This document shows positions 60,495 through 64,000 of a DNA stretch of 64,000 bases, in pieces (position 1 is the stretch's first letter; each line of letters starts with the position of its first letter). This DNA comes from Hypanus sabinus. Its lineage: Eukaryota. The notes under the pieces were generated by a model. That model did no database searches and was not told the DNA's origin. It saw nothing but the letters and a program-made list of their open reading frames with translations. Position numbers and translations under genes: made by a program. The stretch spans positions 26,598,001 through 26,662,000 of the forward strand of contig NC_082731.1 in NCBI RefSeq assembly GCF_030144855.1, given 5' to 3'.

Positions 60495-61419
60495 CTGTGG
60501 ATTAGAAATGGAAACTTCAGAACTTTAGTGGAGACTTTTCTGTTGATTATGCTAGGTCGGGACTGATCAGTAGGCCTGCAGTCATTAGAAGCAGAATCAC
60601 AAAAACACCCAGATTTGAGCAGTGAGTCAGATAATATTGCAAAGTAAAATCAGAATGAAGAACGTTTCTATTGGGTTTCCAGTCCCTTTCCCATAACTGG
60701 GATAAAGAGGCTCACTGCTGTGACTACAGAACTCTTGCGATGGTGTGATACTGTAAAAACAAACTTAACATAGTGAGAGGGAAGCATGCAAGTTACACAG
60801 ACAGAAACAATCCAATACAACCTATGACTGCAGACTCTTTACATCACAACATTTCAGTCGTACTGTGACCACGCCTCTCCCCATCTCTACAGCCTTCACC
60901 TCCCGCATGATCTTCAACATGTTACTATATAGAGGCCTCTGAAATATCTCAGTATGTGCAACCACTGCAGCTCCTGGCAACATATTCCAGCTCCACTCTG
61001 TGTGCACAAAACCTGCCCTGCCCATCTCCTTTGAATTTAATCCCCTCCTGCCTTAAATGTATGCCATCTAGCTTTAGATATTTAAATCCTGTTACAGACT
61101 GTAGATACTGCCTCTCTACGCTATATACCTCTGACAACATTATAAAGGTCTTTCAAATCTCCTTTCAGGATCTACCACTTCAGGGAAAAGAAGCCAAGTT
61201 TGTCTGACTTCCTCTCATAGCTAAAGAGATTAAATGTAGTGCAAATACAAAAATAATATATATTTATAAAAAATGAGATAGTGTGCATGGGTTCAATGTC
61301 CATTTAGGAATTGTATAGTAGAGGGGAAGATGCTGTTACTGAATCACTGAGTGTGTGCCTTCAAGCTTCAGTACCTCCTTCCTGATGGTAAAAATGAGAA
61401 GAGGGCATATCTTGAGTGA

Positions 61420-62470
61420 TGGGGGTCCTTAATAATGGATGTGGCCCTGACCTCACACATCACGAAGACCCCAGAGAGGCTGGTCCTGGCTCAGTCCTTG
61501 ATCCCCTGCAGTTTGCCTACATTGGAGATGACAATGCTGTCATCTTGCAGCTGAACAGCACCTTCTCCCATTTGGATAAGCAGGGCAGCAATGTGAGGAT
61601 AATGTTTTTTTCGATTTCTCAAGGGCCTTCAATAACATGCACCCTCATTGCTGGGTAAAAGCTCCATTCAATGCAGAATGGCATTTCCATTGTATTCTGG
61701 ATAATGGACTACCTGACTGGCAGACCACAGTATGTGCAGATTCAGACATGGTTATAAGCAGCACGAGGGGCCCACAGGGAACTGTATTGGCTCCTTTCCT
61801 GTTAACCCCATTTACCTTGGACCTTAGATATAACACTGTCATGTCATCTGCCAAAATTCTCTGATGAATCCGCAATAGTTGGGTGTATAAAGGGTTTATG
61901 GGAGAATGAATAAAGGGCCTTGGTGGAGGACCTTGTCAAAAGGAGCAAGCAAAAGGAGATGATGAGATGGACCTTAGGATGAATAAGTCTGCACTGCTCC
62001 CTGTTACTATTGATGGTGAGGATGTGGATGTTGTGACGATCTACAAGTACCTGAGGGTGAACCTGGATGACAGACGAGTGGAGCACCAACATGGAGGCTG
62101 TGCACAAGGAGGACCAGAGTCACCTCTACTTTCAGAGGAGACGAAGGCCCTGAAAATCCTGGTAATTCTGGACAGTGTTTCTCAACCCCTGCATGCCACC
62201 TTGACTGAAAAGAGGAGCACTTTCAGCAATAGAATAAGACAACAAAGCTGCTCCATAAAGCGCTCTATGAAGTCATTCTTAGCCTCTGCCATAAGGCAGT
62301 ATAATGAGCCAACCTATAGCTGGGGAAGTGATGACACCCTCCTGTTACACTGTTTGAGGGAATTTATTTTTTATTCTTTCTTACTTCTTTTCTAATATTT
62401 GTATATCTGTGCACTTGAAATGCTACTGTGACTCTGTATTTTCCTTTGGGGTCAATAAAGTATTTATCTA
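61420..62470 (+). mobile_element. Rex1/L2-like LINE fragment (RT region and 3' end)
   Basis: LDPLQFAY...VRIMFF, GPQGTVLAPFL, VDVVTIYKYLRVNLDD, and an AATAAAG(TATC)n tail. Confidence 0.75.
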
Positions 62471-62479
62471 TCTATCTAT

Positions 62480-63840
62480 CATAAATTGTGAACAGATGTT
62501 CTCAGGGTAATGTACAGCAGAAATGTGGCAAAAGTTCAGGGGATATTTGCGTGTTCTGCACAGGGAAAGGATGGTGTACAAAGGCTGTTGTAAATCTAGT
62601 CAAGAAGAAAATAAAAGCTTACGAAAGGTTGAAAAAACTAGGTAATGATAGAGATCTAGAAGATTATAAGGCTAGCAGGAAGGAGCTTAAAAATGAAATT
62701 AGGAGAGCCAGAAGGGGCCATGAGCAGGCCTTGGCGGGCAGGATTAAGGAAAACAACAGGCATTCTACAAGTATGTGAAGAGCGAGAGGATAAGATGCGA
62801 GGGAATAAGACCAATCAAGTGCTACAGTGGAAACATATGTATGGAACCGGAGGAAATGACAGAGGTACTCAATTAATACTTTGCTCCAGTATTCACCATG
62901 GAAAAGGATTATGGTGATTGTAGGGATACCTTACAGCAACTAAAAAGCTTGAGCATACAGATATTAAGAAAGAGGATGTGCTGGAGCTTTGGGAAAGCAT
63001 CAAGTTGGATAAGTCACCTGGACCGGATGAGATATACCCCAGACTTCTGTGGAAGGTGAGGGAGAAGATTGCTAAGCCTCTGATGATGATCTTTGCATCA
63101 TCAGTGGAGTCAGGAGAGCTTCCAAATAATTGGACCGTTGTGGATGTTGTTCCCATATTCAAGAAAGGGAGTAGAGATAGCCCAAGAAGTTATAGACCAG
63201 TGAGTCTTACTTCAGTGGTTGGTAAGTTGATGGAAAAGATCCTGAGAGGCAGGATTTATGAACATTTGGAGAGGCATAATATGATTAGGGATAGTCAGCA
63301 TGGTTTTGTCAAAGGCAGGTCATGCCTTATGAGCCTGATCGAATTTTTTGAGGACGTGACTAAACATATTGATGAAGGTAGAGCAGCAGATGTAGTGTAT
63401 ATGGATTTCAGCAAGCCATTTGATAAGGTACCCCATTCAAGGCTTATTGAGAAAATATGGAGGCAGAGGATCTAAGGGGACATTGCTTTGTGGATTCAGA
63501 ATTGGTTTGCCCACAGAAGGCAAATAGTGGTTGTAGACAGGTCATAGTTTTCATGGACATTGGGGACCAGTGATGTGCCTCAGGGATCTGTTCTGGGACC
63601 CTCTTTCTTTGTAATTTTTATAAATGACCTGGATGAAAAAGTGGAGGGATGGGTTAGTAAATTTGCTAATGACACAAAGGTTGGAGGTGTTGTAGATAGT
63701 CTGGAGGGCTGTCAGAGGTTACAGCGCGACATCAATAGGATGCAAAGCTGGGCTGAGAAGTGTCAGATGGAGTTCTACCCAGATAAGTGTGAAGTGGTTA
63801 ATTTTGGGAGGTCAAGTATGTTGGCAGAATATAGTATTCT
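62480..63840 (+). mobile_element. CR1 LINE fragment, same family as 54980-57350
   Basis: KSPGPDEIYPRLL...YRPVSLTSVVGKLME...SQHGFVKGRSCL...DVVYMDFSKPFDKVPH...PQGSVLGP. Confidence 0.93.
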
Positions 63841-64000
63841 AGAATCAGAATCATCTGCAGCTTAATGTGAAAAAGACTAAGGAGCTGTTGGTGGACCTGA
63901 GGAGGGCTGAGGCACTGGTGACCCCATTTCCATCCAAGGGGTCAGTGTGGACATGGTGGAGGATTACAAATACCTGGGGATACGAATGGACAATAAACTG

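Overview
Vertebrate nuclear DNA, very probably from an elasmobranch (HE1-type SINEs, CR1, Penelope-like and Rex/L2-like repeats, IgW/IgNAR-type constant exons). All calls are by eye; no database searches were run and most repeat boundaries are approximate. There are two host genes, both on the minus strand. (1) The 3' part of an immunoglobulin heavy-chain gene: two intact C-domain exons (60192-60494 and 59784-60101, resembling IgNAR C2/C3 = IgW CH3/CH4), a partial duplicate of the second exon, a decayed next C exon, then TM1 (42041-42183), TM2 (41771-41782) and a poly(A) signal. (2) About 18 kb further downstream, an intron-containing FEN1: six intact coding exons (23821 down to 13601, about 199 codons) with an E2F-type site just upstream of the ATG. 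The remaining FEN1 exons are not in the window. Bases 1-13545 are a 48-50 bp satellite with higher-order structure that begins about 55 nt after the exon 6 donor; a 2-kb non-autonomous hAT element (carrying a 59-bp VNTR) and a short Tx1-like LINE tail are inserted in it. The rest is mostly decayed transposons: CR1, Rex/L2-like, Penelope-like with fossil minimal hammerhead motifs, Tc1, Gypsy and MITEs. No prokaryote-type systems such as CRISPR were seen.
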